A DNA stretch of 64,000 bases from an uncultured Azospirillaceae bacterium (lineage in GTDB: Bacteria; Pseudomonadota; Alphaproteobacteria; Rickettsiales; UBA3002), in contig CAYGTO010000003.1 in assembly GCA_964352815.1 (NCBI GenBank), forward strand, positions 133,015 to 197,014, given 5' to 3'. Below the pieces are notes generated by a model. The model ran no database searches. It worked only from the letters and a program-made list of their open reading frames with translations, and was not told the DNA's origin. Position 1 is the stretch's first letter; every line of letters starts with the position of its first letter. A program made the position numbers and the translations under genes. Shown here piece after piece: positions 1 through 14,757 of the stretch.

Positions 1-2
1 TT

Positions 3-407
3 CCAAAGGGATATAAGCCCACAGCAAAAGAAGAATACATGAATGATAAGCAGCTAGAATATTTTCGTTTAAAGCTGCGTGATTGGCGTAAAGAATTGCT
101 CGCAGAGTCGCAAGAAACCATGGAAAACCTTCGTGAAGAGAACTGGCACGAGGCAGACATTGCCGACCGTGCATCCATTGAAACTGAAGCTGGCGTTGAG
201 CTACGCACGCGCAACCGCTACCTGAAACTGGTGAACAAAATTGATGCCGCATTGCGCCGCATTGATACGGGTGAGTATGGGTTCTGCGAGGAAACGGGTG
301 AGCCTATTGGTCTGAAACGTCTCGAAGCGCGCCCGGTCGCAACCTTGTGCATTGAGGCCCAAGAACGCCATGAAAAGATTGAAAAACAATATGTTGACGA
401 AGATTAG
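3..407 (+). CDS. dksA: RNA polymerase-binding transcription factor DksA (5' end cut by window edge)
   Basis: The frame stays open to the window edge. The upstream residues PKGYKPTAKEEY-MNDKQLEYF match the conserved DksA entry (..GEEYMN..QL..F). The coiled-coil tip ADIADRASIETE and the C-terminal RLEARP motif are present. Only 2 of the 4 canonical zinc-finger Cys remain (CEET...LCIEA). Confidence 0.85.
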   Translation, partial: PKGYKPTAKEEYMNDKQLEYFRLKLRDWRKELLAESQETMENLREENWHEADIADRASIETEAGVELRTRNRYLKLVNKIDAALRRIDTGEYGFCEETGEPIGLKRLEARPVATLCIEAQERHEKIEKQYVDED

Positions 408-484
408 ACTCTTTCTAATCTTCTAAGACATCGGTGGCATTCTCCCTATAATTAAGCCTTTATTTACGCCCTTTTGCTATCCTG

Positions 485-844
485 ATGCGTAGTAATAATA
501 CAATCAGGGTAGGCAAGCGTATGGACAGTGATGTGGCATCACTTCGTGATTTGACGTCAGGATATGAGTATCTGACGGATGTTTCACGTCTAGATCAACT
601 TGCCGCTGTCATCGCCGCGCTTGCTGAGCCCGGCATGGACCCCGCAGACGCGTTGAGCTATTTTGACAAGTTTGTATCCAGCGCATCCAACGCAGAACAT
701 GCCCCGATTAAGGAACAAATGCATGCCCTTGGCTTTTATTCATACGATCATTTTGTTGACGCGCTTACTCCGCTCATTGCACATCATGGACGCCAGCTAT
801 GGGAAAAAGGGATCTTGTCACGCCCCCTTACCACCTGCCACTAA
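485..844 (+). CDS. hypothetical protein
   Basis: 119-aa ORF filling an otherwise empty gap, on the same strand as its neighbours. No recognisable motif. The start is uncertain (internal Met at 521). Confidence 0.35.
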   Translation: MRSNNTIRVGKRMDSDVASLRDLTSGYEYLTDVSRLDQLAAVIAALAEPGMDPADALSYFDKFVSSASNAEHAPIKEQMHALGFYSYDHFVDALTPLIAHHGRQLWEKGILSRPLTTCH

Positions 845-901
845 CCACTCTCCACATGCGCCCGTAAGCATCTTGCGAGAAACCCGCATTCGCGCTACAC
901 T

Positions 902-2076
902 GTGCCAACTGTTAGGAGCTCTATGACGCAGCATCTTCCGAATAGTCTGACCCTACGTGGCGGCGACATTGGCGACTATGTCGAGCTGGTCCAAAGACGC
1001 TTGGTTGAACTCAGCCTGTTTGAAGAGGGCAATATCAGCGGCGAGTATGATGAAGCGACGGGCTCCGCCATTCGCCATTTCCAAACATTGAATAATCTTG
1101 AAGTCGATGGCGTGACTGGCCCGAGCACTGCGCGCGCGCTCAAACTCACAAAAGACGAGACGGCCTCTGCGCCAGTGGATGAAGAAAAGAAGGAAGCTGC
1201 ACAGGCGGCAGAAGCATCGGAGCGTGAATTACTCGCGAAACAAGAAGCCGAAGCCCGCCTTGCTGAACAAGCAGCACGCGAAGAGGCTCTTGCCGCGGAG
1301 ACGACACAAGCACACCCAGACCCCCTCGAAATGATCGAGCCTGAAGCGGCAGCGCAAGAAGCCGACCTTGAAGCACGCCCATCGGTTCCCACGCCACCAC
1401 CGAATCCATTTGCGAGCAAAGATAAGGATGTGTATCGCGAGATGAAGGAAGGCATGGACCGCCAGGAGTTCATGGATGACACGTTGCAAGCATCAACGGA
1501 TGCCCCAACCCAAAACGCGGACGCAGTGCCAGAAAAACCGGCTGAGTCAAAACAGGTTGCAGCCGAGGCGGCGCATGATAAGGCCGGTGCTGAGATGCGC
1601 CGCAATATGCTAGAACAGCAAGAGGTCGCAGCTACTCCCGAGAAACCTATTGACGTTGCTGCCGTGCCGAAAGAGGTGCCAAAGGAAGCGGCACCCCAAG
1701 CAAATGATAAAGAGATGCGCCAGGCGATAGAGGATCAGACCGAAGCGATGAAAGAAACGGCCGCCAGCCCGCCTGTCCCGCCGTCACGCGATGCGCAAGC
1801 GGCAGAGCAAAGCCAAGCACAAGCTGATCAGAAAGCAAATGTGATGGAACGCGCGGGCGGGGCCAAGCCGATCATTATTGATGCCGCAGTATTTGAACGC
1901 GTGGCGCAGCAAATCGAAGCGAAGCTCGAGCCAGAGACTGTCAAAGAAGTCAAAGCAACGGGCAAACAAATGGCGCAAGCCGGTGTCAGCGAAGCGGTGC
2001 TCGATCGCGAAGACCTCACGCGCACTGTCAACACGCCAGCAGTTGAGCGTGGTACGGATCAGCAGATGGAAATCGG

Positions 2077-2080
<4 letters not shown>
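902..2080 (+). CDS. peptidoglycan-binding-domain protein with long acidic low-complexity tail
   Basis: The N-terminal GDYVELVQRRL...GEYDEATGSAIRHFQTLNNLEVDGVTGPSTARAL fits the PG_binding_1 repeat pattern. The remaining ~300 aa are Ala/Glu/Gln/Pro-rich. ATG 923 is an alternative start. Confidence 0.6.
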
Positions 2081-6717
<4,637 letters not shown>

Positions 6718-6726
6718 GTCTCTTCC

Positions 6727-7560
6727 CTAAAAAATCGCATACCAGGAGTCATCGTCTGCCGCGCGTTCTGCGACCGGCTCTCCTTTAAGTAGCTTATAGC
6801 TAAATCGATACCATTTGCTTCCGGGATAGTTATACCCGAGTACCGCCGCATATTTTTCTGCTTCATCCGGTAGGCCTAAAATCGTATAAGTTTCGACTAA
6901 GCGGTGAAGCGCTTCTGGGATATGGCTAGTGGTTTGATAGCCTTCCGCGACCGAACGGAATCGACCAATCGCCGCCACATATTCTTGGCGCTGAAGATAA
7001 TAACGACCAATTTCCATTTCCTTTCCCGCCAAGTGATCTTCTGTCAGATCCAGCTTGAGCTGCGCATCTTGCGCATATTCTGAGTTCGGATAACGCGCAA
7101 CCACTTCCCGCAACGCCTGACGCGCTTGAGAGGTTATGCCTTGGTCACGCCCAACATCGGTAATTTGGTCATAATAAGATAAGGCGCGTAGGTAATATGC
7201 ATAAGGTGCGCTTCTTCCGGTAGGGTGCAATTTGACGTAACGCTCCGAGATCAATACCGCCTCTTCATATTCTTGGCCACGGTATGCAGAATAGGCCGCC
7301 ATAATTTGTGCACGCGAGGCGAGCGGTGAATAAGGATATTGCTGCTCGACTTCTTCGAACGCCTTAATTGCGCTTTTATAACTTCCACCCGAGAACAAAA
7401 GCTGCGCTTCTTGGTAGAGCTCTTTCGCAGATTGATTGGACGAAGACGCCTCTTGCTGTTCTACCTCACCGCCACAGCCCGTTAGCCAAAGAAGCGCTAT
7501 GCCACAGCAAAGAATGATAAGGACGCGCGTTGCCCAAGGAATCATGACCATAATGATCAT
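6727..7560 (-). CDS. bamD: outer membrane assembly lipoprotein BamD (YfiO/ComL)
   Basis: Signal peptide with lipobox LTGC and TPR-like repeats. It holds the conserved position between lpxC and recN. Confidence 0.85.
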   Translation of the reverse strand: MIIMVMIPWATRVLIILCCGIALLWLTGCGGEVEQQEASSSNQSAKELYQEAQLLFSGGSYKSAIKAFEEVEQQYPYSPLASRAQIMAAYSAYRGQEYEEAVLISERYVKLHPTGRSAPYAYYLRALSYYDQITDVGRDQGITSQARQALREVVARYPNSEYAQDAQLKLDLTEDHLAGKEMEIGRYYLQRQEYVAAIGRFRSVAEGYQTTSHIPEALHRLVETYTILGLPDEAEKYAAVLGYNYPGSKWYRFSYKLLKGEPVAERAADDDSWYAIF

Positions 7561-7654
7561 CCATGCCTGTTGATTAAGATGGTTTAAGAATTACCCATTT
7601 TGAACCGTGATGGCAAGCATCAACGGCTAGCTACTCGCTGCTATTTTATCATGT

Positions 7655-8590
7655 TTAATGGATTTGTTTGCTGATATCTGCGGGAGCAGTCATATGCGCT
7701 GGGCTGTGCAACATATGTTGCGCCACTGCGTCGCCCATCTCCTCCATCACTGCACGCATCAGCTTGTTATTGATGCCATGCCCAGGGCGAGAGGTTGTCA
7801 CTGCGCCGCGCAAATGTGCACCGAGCAAGAAGTAGTCACCCAAACAATCGAGCGCTTTGTGACGCACGAATTCGTCATTAAAACGAAGCCCATCTTCATT
7901 GAGAATCTTATTTTGGCCGATCACCACCGCATTATCGAGCGATCCACCACGCGCGAGCCCCATTGAGCGAAGCTTCTGAACGTCCGTTTCAAAACCAAAC
8001 GTACGCGCACGGCTCAGAAGCTGGCGGAACGTGACTTTAGAGAAATCATAAAACCCGCACTGGCGGCCAATCACCTGATGCGCAAAGTCAATCTCAACAT
8101 CGAGAGTGAATCCATCATAAGGCTCAATCATGGCAAAACTGTCACCGTCGCGAACCGCGATGGTACGATCGACTTCAATCCACTGGCGTGGCGCCTCAAA
8201 GCGGCGAATCCCCGCACATTCGATCAAGAAAATAAAGGGCTCCGAGCTCCCATCCATAATCGGCACTTCCGGCCCATCAATTTCAATCGTCACATTATCA
8301 ATGCCGCAGCCCCAGAGCGCGGCCATCAAATGTTCAACCGTTGCCACCGATGTACCGAATTCGTTCGTAATCGTGGTTCCTAAGGTGGTTTCCGTCACCG
8401 CGTCATAACGCGCGGGCACGATCGCGACATTGGCCTCAACATCCGTTCGCACAAAATGGATCCCCGTGTAAGGCTCTGACGGCTTAAGCGTGATCGTCAC
8501 AGGCGCACCGGTATGCACCCCAACCCCTTGGCATGAAGTGGTTTTGGTAATCGTCGTCTGGCGCTCGTTTACGTGTCCGCTGCTCATCAC
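7655..8590 (-). CDS. lpxC: UDP-3-O-acyl-N-acetylglucosamine deacetylase
   Basis: Motifs GVGVHTG, TVEHLMAAL and HKALDCLGD; located downstream of ftsZ. Confidence 0.95.
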   Translation of the reverse strand: MMSSGHVNERQTTITKTTSCQGVGVHTGAPVTITLKPSEPYTGIHFVRTDVEANVAIVPARYDAVTETTLGTTITNEFGTSVATVEHLMAALWGCGIDNVTIEIDGPEVPIMDGSSEPFIFLIECAGIRRFEAPRQWIEVDRTIAVRDGDSFAMIEPYDGFTLDVEIDFAHQVIGRQCGFYDFSKVTFRQLLSRARTFGFETDVQKLRSMGLARGGSLDNAVVIGQNKILNEDGLRFNDEFVRHKALDCLGDYFLLGAHLRGAVTTSRPGHGINNKLMRAVMEEMGDAVAQHMLHSPAHMTAPADISKQIH

Positions 8591-8716
8591 TCGTCACAGA
8601 ATTCAATCAATTTATGTAAAATTTTACGAAGTATACAAAGATTTCCTGCGAAATACAATTAACTTTTTGAAAGAAAACAGTTTTTGTCTTCTTTATTGTA
8701 TCAATATGGCAGTTGA

Positions 8717-10360
8717 TCAGTTGGCCTGGCGGCGCAAAAATGCAGGTATATCAAGATATTCTTCATTTTCTTCCGAAGCGACCGGTGCCGGCTTATCGCT
8801 CACACGCGCACGTGGTGCTTCCGCAACTTGCGCATTGCCACGTGGGGCTGGTTTTGCCGCCAGCGCTTTGCCTACTCCCGTGATACGCTGGAAAAATCCA
8901 TACGATGATTCATCGTCATCTTTATCATCCATCGCCTCATCTGCCATTACGGCGCTACGTGCTTGACGCTGACGATCGCGCGTGGGGTGCTCGGCTCGCG
9001 GGCTGATGAACAAATCACCAATATCCTTATCGCTTTCTTCCTCTGAAGACATAGCACTCACCTCTTCAATAATCGCACGTTCGTGAAGCATCATATCACG
9101 ATCAGCTGAAGCGCGTTTTGCCACCTCTTCACGCACAGACTTTGTAAGATGCTGCTTTTCATCTGGTCCCTTTGAACGCTCAGCAGGCGTATCTTTCACG
9201 TCTTCACGTGCCTCTTTCTCTGGCTCCGCGTCAAAGCGTTGCTCGCGGCGTGTGAAGGCTGTACCACCCGATTCTCTCACAATCTCTGCGGGAGAACGAT
9301 CGCGGCGAGACTGAATTTTCGGCGCAACAAATCCGCTGATCGGCTTTGACTCTTTAACTGGCTTGGGCGCCATCGGCGCTCTATTCTGCTCAGCACTACG
9401 AATTCCCGTGGCCACCACTGAAACGCGCATGATGCCTTCGAGTGAATCGGAGAAGGTCGAACCAAAAATAATATTCGCTTCTGGATCAACTTCATCACGA
9501 ATGCGATTCGCTGCTTCATCCACTTCAAAGAGCGTCATATCCGGGCCACCAGTGATGTTAATCAAGACCGCTTTCGCACCTTTCAGTGACACATCATCAA
9601 GCAGCGGATTCGAAATCGCCGACTCTGCCGCATCAATCGCACGATGCTCAGAACTCGCCTCACCTGTACCCATCATCGCTTTACCCATCTCGCTCATCAC
9701 CGCGCGGATATCCGCAAAGTCAAGATTCACCAGGCCTGGTTTCACCATCAAATCAGTAACGCCGCGCACGCCCGAGTGTAGCACCTCATCTGCCAAACGG
9801 AACGCATCCGCGAAGGTGGTCTTCTCATTCGCAATACGGAAGAGATTTTGGTTCGGAATCACGATCAACGTATCCACATATTCTTGAAGCTCTTCAATGC
9901 CGCGCTCAGCGATTTTCATCCGGTGCGAGCCTTCGAATTGGAAAGGCTTTGTCACAACACCAACGGTCAGAATACCTTGATCACGCGCGAGCTGCGCAAT
10001 GACAGACGCTGCACCCGTGCCCGTACCACCGCCCATTCCGGCCGTGATAAACACCATATGACTACCATCAATATGATCCGCAATCTCTTCGATTGCTTCT
10101 TCCGCCGCCGCGCGCCCAATATCCGGGTTAGCACCCGCACCCAAGCCACGCGTCACATGGACACCAAGCTGAATTGTACGATCCGTCATTGCGGACTCAA
10201 GCGCTTGTGCATCCGTGTTCGCCATCACGAAGCCAACCCCTTCTAAATTCGAGGCAATCATGTTGTTCACCGCATTTCCGCCGGCACCGCCCACACCTAC
10301 CACCGTGATCTTCGGTTTAAGCGTGTCATGCTGTGTTGGTACATGCAAATTCAATGTCAT
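8717..10360 (-). CDS. ftsZ: cell division protein FtsZ
   Basis: [12 protein letters not shown] and the tubulin signature GGGTGTGA, a long disordered linker, and the C-terminal DIPAFLRRQ peptide. Start placed at ATG 10360, which is preceded by GGAGGA; the ORF is open to 10384. Confidence 0.95.
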   Translation of the reverse strand: MTLNLHVPTQHDTLKPKITVVGVGGAGGNAVNNMIASNLEGVGFVMANTDAQALESAMTDRTIQLGVHVTRGLGAGANPDIGRAAAEEAIEEIADHIDGSHMVFITAGMGGGTGTGAASVIAQLARDQGILTVGVVTKPFQFEGSHRMKIAERGIEELQEYVDTLIVIPNQNLFRIANEKTTFADAFRLADEVLHSGVRGVTDLMVKPGLVNLDFADIRAVMSEMGKAMMGTGEASSEHRAIDAAESAISNPLLDDVSLKGAKAVLINITGGPDMTLFEVDEAANRIRDEVDPEANIIFGSTFSDSLEGIMRVSVVATGIRSAEQNRAPMAPKPVKESKPISGFVAPKIQSRRDRSPAEIVRESGGTAFTRREQRFDAEPEKEAREDVKDTPAERSKGPDEKQHLTKSVREEVAKRASADRDMMLHERAIIEEVSAMSSEEESDKDIGDLFISPRAEHPTRDRQRQARSAVMADEAMDDKDDDESSYGFFQRITGVGKALAAKPAPRGNAQVAEAPRARVSDKPAPVASEENEEYLDIPAFLRRQAN

Positions 10361-10453
10361 AGATCCTCCATGCGGGTTCTGCATTTATTACAAAGTAGTG
10401 TGTTCATATATCACTGGCGAACACAATATCTGGTATATCCACAAGATTCAGCA

Positions 10454-11707
10454 CTAAAAACGCTCTCTGAACCATCGCTTAATAGCCCCCAACCAAGCCA
10501 TGATTCCAGAAGAGGTTTGCCGCTTCATAAACAGCTCATCTTCCCAGCTATGGTGCAGCATATAATCGACCATCCCCACCACGGTAGAGAAAGCCGGCCC
10601 ACTGACCGAATCGGCTAAGCCAGGCATCGTATGCGGCTTGCCAGGACGCACCTGTTTTCCGAGCATACGCGATGCCATTTCGATCATTCCAATCATTTGA
10701 CTTCCGCCTCCCGTAATCACGCAACGCCGACCTGCCACCTTGTCCATTCCCGCGGTTTCCAAACGGCCACGGATCATCTCAAACATCTCCTCCAGACGCG
10801 GACGAACGACACCAATAAGCATCGAGCGCGGCAGCTGCGCCGGATCATCTTCATCGTCATCCTCACCCAGCTGAGGCACATCGATCATTACATCTTCATC
10901 TTTAGGTGAAATCAACGCGCTGCCATGCACCGTCTTGATACGCTCCGCATGATACAGCGACGTCGAGAGACCTTTCGCAATATCATTCGTGACATGCATG
11001 CCTCCAATCGGCAACGACTCAGAGAATACATTCTTGCCATCAACAAAGACAGCAATGCCTGTAGTTCCGCCACCAATATCAATGAGCGTCACCCCCAGAT
11101 CCATCTCATCTTTTTGCACGGCAGACATCGCAGAGGCATGCGGCGCGAACACATAATCTTCAATGTCCAAATGACATTTCGCAATACAGTTTGAAATGTT
11201 GCGCAAGGTTGAGTTTTTCACCAGCACAATATGCACATCGACTTTGAGCAATTCTCCCATCATGCCGCGCGGGTCCTTAAGGCCTTTCGAATCATCGACG
11301 CTGTAATGAAGCGGGAAACAATGAACGATGCTTAACCCTTCACCGAGCACACTATCACAGCCCTCATGGATCGCGTCGACAACATCTTGGTCGCTGACGC
11401 CATCACCAGAAATTTCTAGCTCGACGCTCACCGTGCGTGAAATCACCGAGGCGCCCGAAAGATTCACCACGACCTTATCGACTGTCTTCCCCGCCATCTC
11501 TTCCGCCGCATGGACCGCAGCCACCACAGAGGTTTGCGCCTCCCCAACATCGGTAATCGCACCTGCCTTGATTCCCTTAGCAAGCTGATGGCCAATACCA
11601 AGCACATGAAACACGCCTTCTTCATTGGTTTGCCCAATCAGGCACGCGACTTTACTTGTGCCAATATCGAGCACCGCGATCATTTCATTAGGGCGCATCA
11701 CTGCCAT
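10454..11707 (-). CDS. ftsA: cell division protein FtsA
   Basis: Actin-like ATPase motifs DIGTSKV and DIGGGTT; located between ftsQ and ftsZ. Confidence 0.95.
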   Translation of the reverse strand: MAVMRPNEMIAVLDIGTSKVACLIGQTNEEGVFHVLGIGHQLAKGIKAGAITDVGEAQTSVVAAVHAAEEMAGKTVDKVVVNLSGASVISRTVSVELEISGDGVSDQDVVDAIHEGCDSVLGEGLSIVHCFPLHYSVDDSKGLKDPRGMMGELLKVDVHIVLVKNSTLRNISNCIAKCHLDIEDYVFAPHASAMSAVQKDEMDLGVTLIDIGGGTTGIAVFVDGKNVFSESLPIGGMHVTNDIAKGLSTSLYHAERIKTVHGSALISPKDEDVMIDVPQLGEDDDEDDPAQLPRSMLIGVVRPRLEEMFEMIRGRLETAGMDKVAGRRCVITGGGSQMIGMIEMASRMLGKQVRPGKPHTMPGLADSVSGPAFSTVVGMVDYMLHHSWEDELFMKRQTSSGIMAWLGAIKRWFRERF

Positions 11708-11727
11708 CTTCTTTACTCCTACTATCC

Positions 11728-12603
11728 TTATGGCAAGCGGTATGAGGCTTGTCTATGCATTTGCTCTCGCGTTTCAACAAATAAACGATCCTCGAGCCGC
11801 ATGTCGATCACATCGACCTGGCGATCAAGCAATCCTTGCTCTCTTTGCAATTCAGCTAAACGCGCAAGCGCCATTTCCGGATCTTTTTCAGGCAGCTTCA
11901 ACCGAAGCCCACTGTGCAGCAACACATCCCAACGGCGCCCACCAACGCGCGACGCAGCAACCACCTCTCCGCTCAACACGGAAGCATTGATCATTGCGAG
12001 CAACGATGCTGCATGCTCAGGCGCATCTTCACCAACCAGCACCGGAAGCCCCGTCATCTGTTCGGCAACCTGATTCTCTAGTAACACCCCATCTGCATCA
12101 AGCACATGAATCGCGCCACCATGCTGCCACAGCGCGGAAGGCTGGCGCTCATGAATGACGATGGTAAGCCGGTCAGGCAATTGGCGATACACTGTCGCGT
12201 CGCGCACCTCTGGCAATGCCGTCAATTTTGCGCGCAATGACTCCAGTGATAGCAATAATAGCGGGTCACCTGGCTTCACATTAATCGCCTGCTTGATAGT
12301 GGTAAGCGGCGTATTCTCACGCCCCTCAATGTATATCTGCGCCACAGAAAAACCCGCCTCATTCGACCATTGCGCCAGCTTTCGCTCAACGGAACGATGC
12401 AGCGCCTCATATTTTTCTGGCTGCGTATATAAATAGCCGCCATAGCCAAGCCCCACCACTGCAATACCCGACAGCGCGATCAGCCCATAGAAGCGGATGC
12501 GTTCATAAAGCTGCGTCTTCGCCTTATTGCGCGATACGCGTTCCGACTGGCGTTGCCGCCGCGTCTTCGTACTGCGCTGTGGTTTGCGTCTAGCCATGAT
12601 CAT
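11728..12603 (-). CDS. ftsQ: cell division protein FtsQ
   Basis: Basic N-terminal tail, single TM helix, POTRA-like region; located between ddl and ftsA. Confidence 0.85.
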   Translation of the reverse strand: MIMARRKPQRSTKTRRQRQSERVSRNKAKTQLYERIRFYGLIALSGIAVVGLGYGGYLYTQPEKYEALHRSVERKLAQWSNEAGFSVAQIYIEGRENTPLTTIKQAINVKPGDPLLLLSLESLRAKLTALPEVRDATVYRQLPDRLTIVIHERQPSALWQHGGAIHVLDADGVLLENQVAEQMTGLPVLVGEDAPEHAASLLAMINASVLSGEVVAASRVGGRRWDVLLHSGLRLKLPEKDPEMALARLAELQREQGLLDRQVDVIDMRLEDRLFVETREQMHRQASYRLP

Positions 12604-13525
12604 TGTCCAATCGTGCCATGCGCACGAGTTCTTTCACCAATGTCGCAAAATCCATTCCGTCATGCGCAGCAATTTCTGGCGTCAGCGAGAGCGGCGTCAT
12701 GCCAGGCTGCGTGTTGGTTTCGAGAAGATAGAATATACCATGGTTTTCATCATAACGGAAGTCACTACGCGTGACACCGCGGCAACCCAGCGCCCGATGC
12801 GCCCGCTCCGCCAATTGCAACACCTCCCCATACGCATTCGCATCAATCGGCGCCGGCATGATATGCTCTGCCTTACCATCAGTGTATTTTGCTTCATAAT
12901 CGTAGAACCCTTGCTTCGGACGAATCTCAATCGCACCGAGCGCTTTTGCGCCCTCACCCTCGCCCAGCACCGCGACCTGAACCTCACGGCCAGGGATGTA
13001 TTTCTCAACCAACACCTGATCACCAAAGGGCCAATCTGCTTCGCCAAATGCATAATCCGCATCATCATGAATAATACTGACGCCAACGCTCGAGCCTTCA
13101 TTGAGCGGCTTAATCACAAAGGGCCGCGCCATCGGCTCACCCTGAAGCATTGCCGTTTTGCTACACACACTGCCCGCAGCACATTGCAGCCCCTCCGCCT
13201 CGAACACTTTCTTCGCCATCGGCTTATCCATCGCAAGCGCCGAGGCAAGCACCCCTGAATGGGTGTAGGGAATTGCGAGCATTTCCAGCACCCCTTGAAC
13301 CGTGCCATCTTCGCCGTAACGCCCATGCAGCGCGTTGAACACCACATCTGGCTTAGCTTGCGTCAACTGCGCCGCCACATCCTGCTTTGCATCGATCAGG
13401 CTCACCTTATAGCCCAGCGATTCAAGGGCTGCCGCCACCGCCTTCCCGCTCATCAGTGACACCTCACGTTCGGCCGACAGGCCGCCATACAATACTGCTA
13501 CATGTAAATCTGTTGTCATATCCAC
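12590..13525 (-). CDS. ddl: D-alanine--D-alanine ligase
   Basis: ATP-grasp protein with ALHGRYGEDGTVQG and LETNTQPGMT motifs. Confidence 0.95.
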   Translation of the reverse strand: MDMTTDLHVAVLYGGLSAEREVSLMSGKAVAAALESLGYKVSLIDAKQDVAAQLTQAKPDVVFNALHGRYGEDGTVQGVLEMLAIPYTHSGVLASALAMDKPMAKKVFEAEGLQCAAGSVCSKTAMLQGEPMARPFVIKPLNEGSSVGVSIIHDDADYAFGEADWPFGDQVLVEKYIPGREVQVAVLGEGEGAKALGAIEIRPKQGFYDYEAKYTDGKAEHIMPAPIDANAYGEVLQLAERAHRALGCRGVTRSDFRYDENHGIFYLLETNTQPGMTPLSLTPEIAAHDGMDFATLVKELVRMARLDNDHG

Positions 13526-13664
13526 CTACCTTATACAGATAGTACAGAAACGCGAGGGTGTGACGGAGATTTCTAAGAGAGGGTTTTTCGAGCACCGCAG
13601 CGTACATAAGTACGTGAGGATGAGAGAAAAAACATCGACACAGAAATCGCCCGCACGCTAGCGT

Positions 13665-14687
13665 TTATGAGCTATCTGGCTTACCGATGCGCTGAATCTC
13701 CCATTGGAGCTCCACCCCGAAGTGATCCTTGACCCGGCGGCGCATCTCTTCCCCAAGCGCTTCCAGGTCGCGTGCTGTCGCTGTGCCGGTGTTAATCATG
13801 AAGTTGCAATGCTTCTCCGACATCTGCGCACCTTCTAATTCTAAACCTCGGCCGCCCACCGCGTCAATCATTTGCCACGCTTTGTGCCCCTCGGGATTCT
13901 TAAAGGTGCTGCCCCCCGTCCGCTCGCGCACTGGCTGGGTCGCCTCGCGCGCCTGTTTTATCTCACGAATTCGCTGATGTATCTCTTCTGGCTCACCTTT
14001 CTCAACGCGGAAAATGGCCTTAGTAAACACCCAATCGTTCGGCGCGGTCGAATGGCGGTAGCTATAGCCCAGCTCATCGACGCTGACCCGTTTAGTCTCT
14101 CCCTCGCCGGTGACCAGTTCAGCCGCAATCAGCACATCACTCATCTCCGTGCCATACGCACCCGCATTCATCCGAAGCGCGCCGCCAATCGTGCCCGGAA
14201 TGCCGCTCAAAAATTCGAGGCCAGCAATGCCATGATCGGCGGCGTAGAGGGCGACATTGGCATCCAGGCAACCCGCGCCAACAAACAAAGACTCGTCACT
14301 CTGCGAGGAGGCGCCAGCCTCCGCGGCAGTCCATTCTCGCATCACATCGCTAGAATGGATCGCGTCGCTTCGCTCGCGAAATGCTTCACTCTGAAACCTG
14401 AACCCCGAATCCTGAACCCTGAGCTCCGTAAACCCCCGCCCGAGCTTGATGACCACCCCGTCGATCCCACCATCGCGCACGATCACGTTCGAGCCCACGC
14501 CCAGCACCGTCACCGGCAGGTCTGCGGGCTTCTGCCTCATAAAGTAAGCAAGGTCTTCCGCATTTTCCGGTTTAAAGAGCAACTCCGCTGGGCCACCCAC
14601 CCGAAACCAGTTGGTCTTCGCCAGGTCAGCGTTCTCGCGCAGCTTGCCACGGAGATCAGGCATTATGCTTGTTAGTTCATATTTCAT
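13665..14687 (-). CDS. murB: UDP-N-acetylenolpyruvoylglucosamine reductase, carrying a repeat-derived in-frame insertion
   Basis: GVGSN, GIPGTIGGALRMNAGAYG and GSTFKNP motifs. About 45 extra residues (RVQDSGFRFQSEAFRERSDAIHSSDVMREWTAAEAGASSQSDE) lie between GRGFTEL and LFVGAG. Confidence 0.9.
   Translation of the reverse strand: MKYELTSIMPDLRGKLRENADLAKTNWFRVGGPAELLFKPENAEDLAYFMRQKPADLPVTVLGVGSNVIVRDGGIDGVVIKLGRGFTELRVQDSGFRFQSEAFRERSDAIHSSDVMREWTAAEAGASSQSDESLFVGAGCLDANVALYAADHGIAGLEFLSGIPGTIGGALRMNAGAYGTEMSDVLIAAELVTGEGETKRVSVDELGYSYRHSTAPNDWVFTKAIFRVEKGEPEEIHQRIREIKQAREATQPVRERTGGSTFKNPEGHKAWQMIDAVGGRGLELEGAQMSEKHCNFMINTGTATARDLEALGEEMRRRVKDHFGVELQWEIQRIGKPDSS
14300..14384. repeat. nested-palindrome element, TTCGCGAG subfamily, inside murB
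   Basis: The minus-strand reading gcatTTCGCGAGcgaagcgacGCGATCCATTC...GAATGGactgccgcg...cgcctcCTCGCAGA is colinear with the glyS copy at 63442-63570. Confidence 0.7.
14389..14436. repeat. tandem heptamer array (TGAAACC family) inside murB
   Basis: tctgaaa cctgaac cccgaat cctgaac cctgagc tccgtaa. It encodes the QDSGFRFQS stretch on the minus strand. Confidence 0.7.
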
Positions 14688-14757
14688 ATGTTCTCTTGAC
14701 TACAATCGCCAGTTCCAGATAACAAGTTGATTATGTTAACAAGAGCGGAGTGTAACC

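Noticed and set aside
8717-9400. The long FtsZ C-terminal region as a possible repeat-derived insertion
   Set aside because: It has no nucleotide similarity to either repeat family. Long disordered linkers before the conserved C-terminal peptide are normal for alphaproteobacterial FtsZ.
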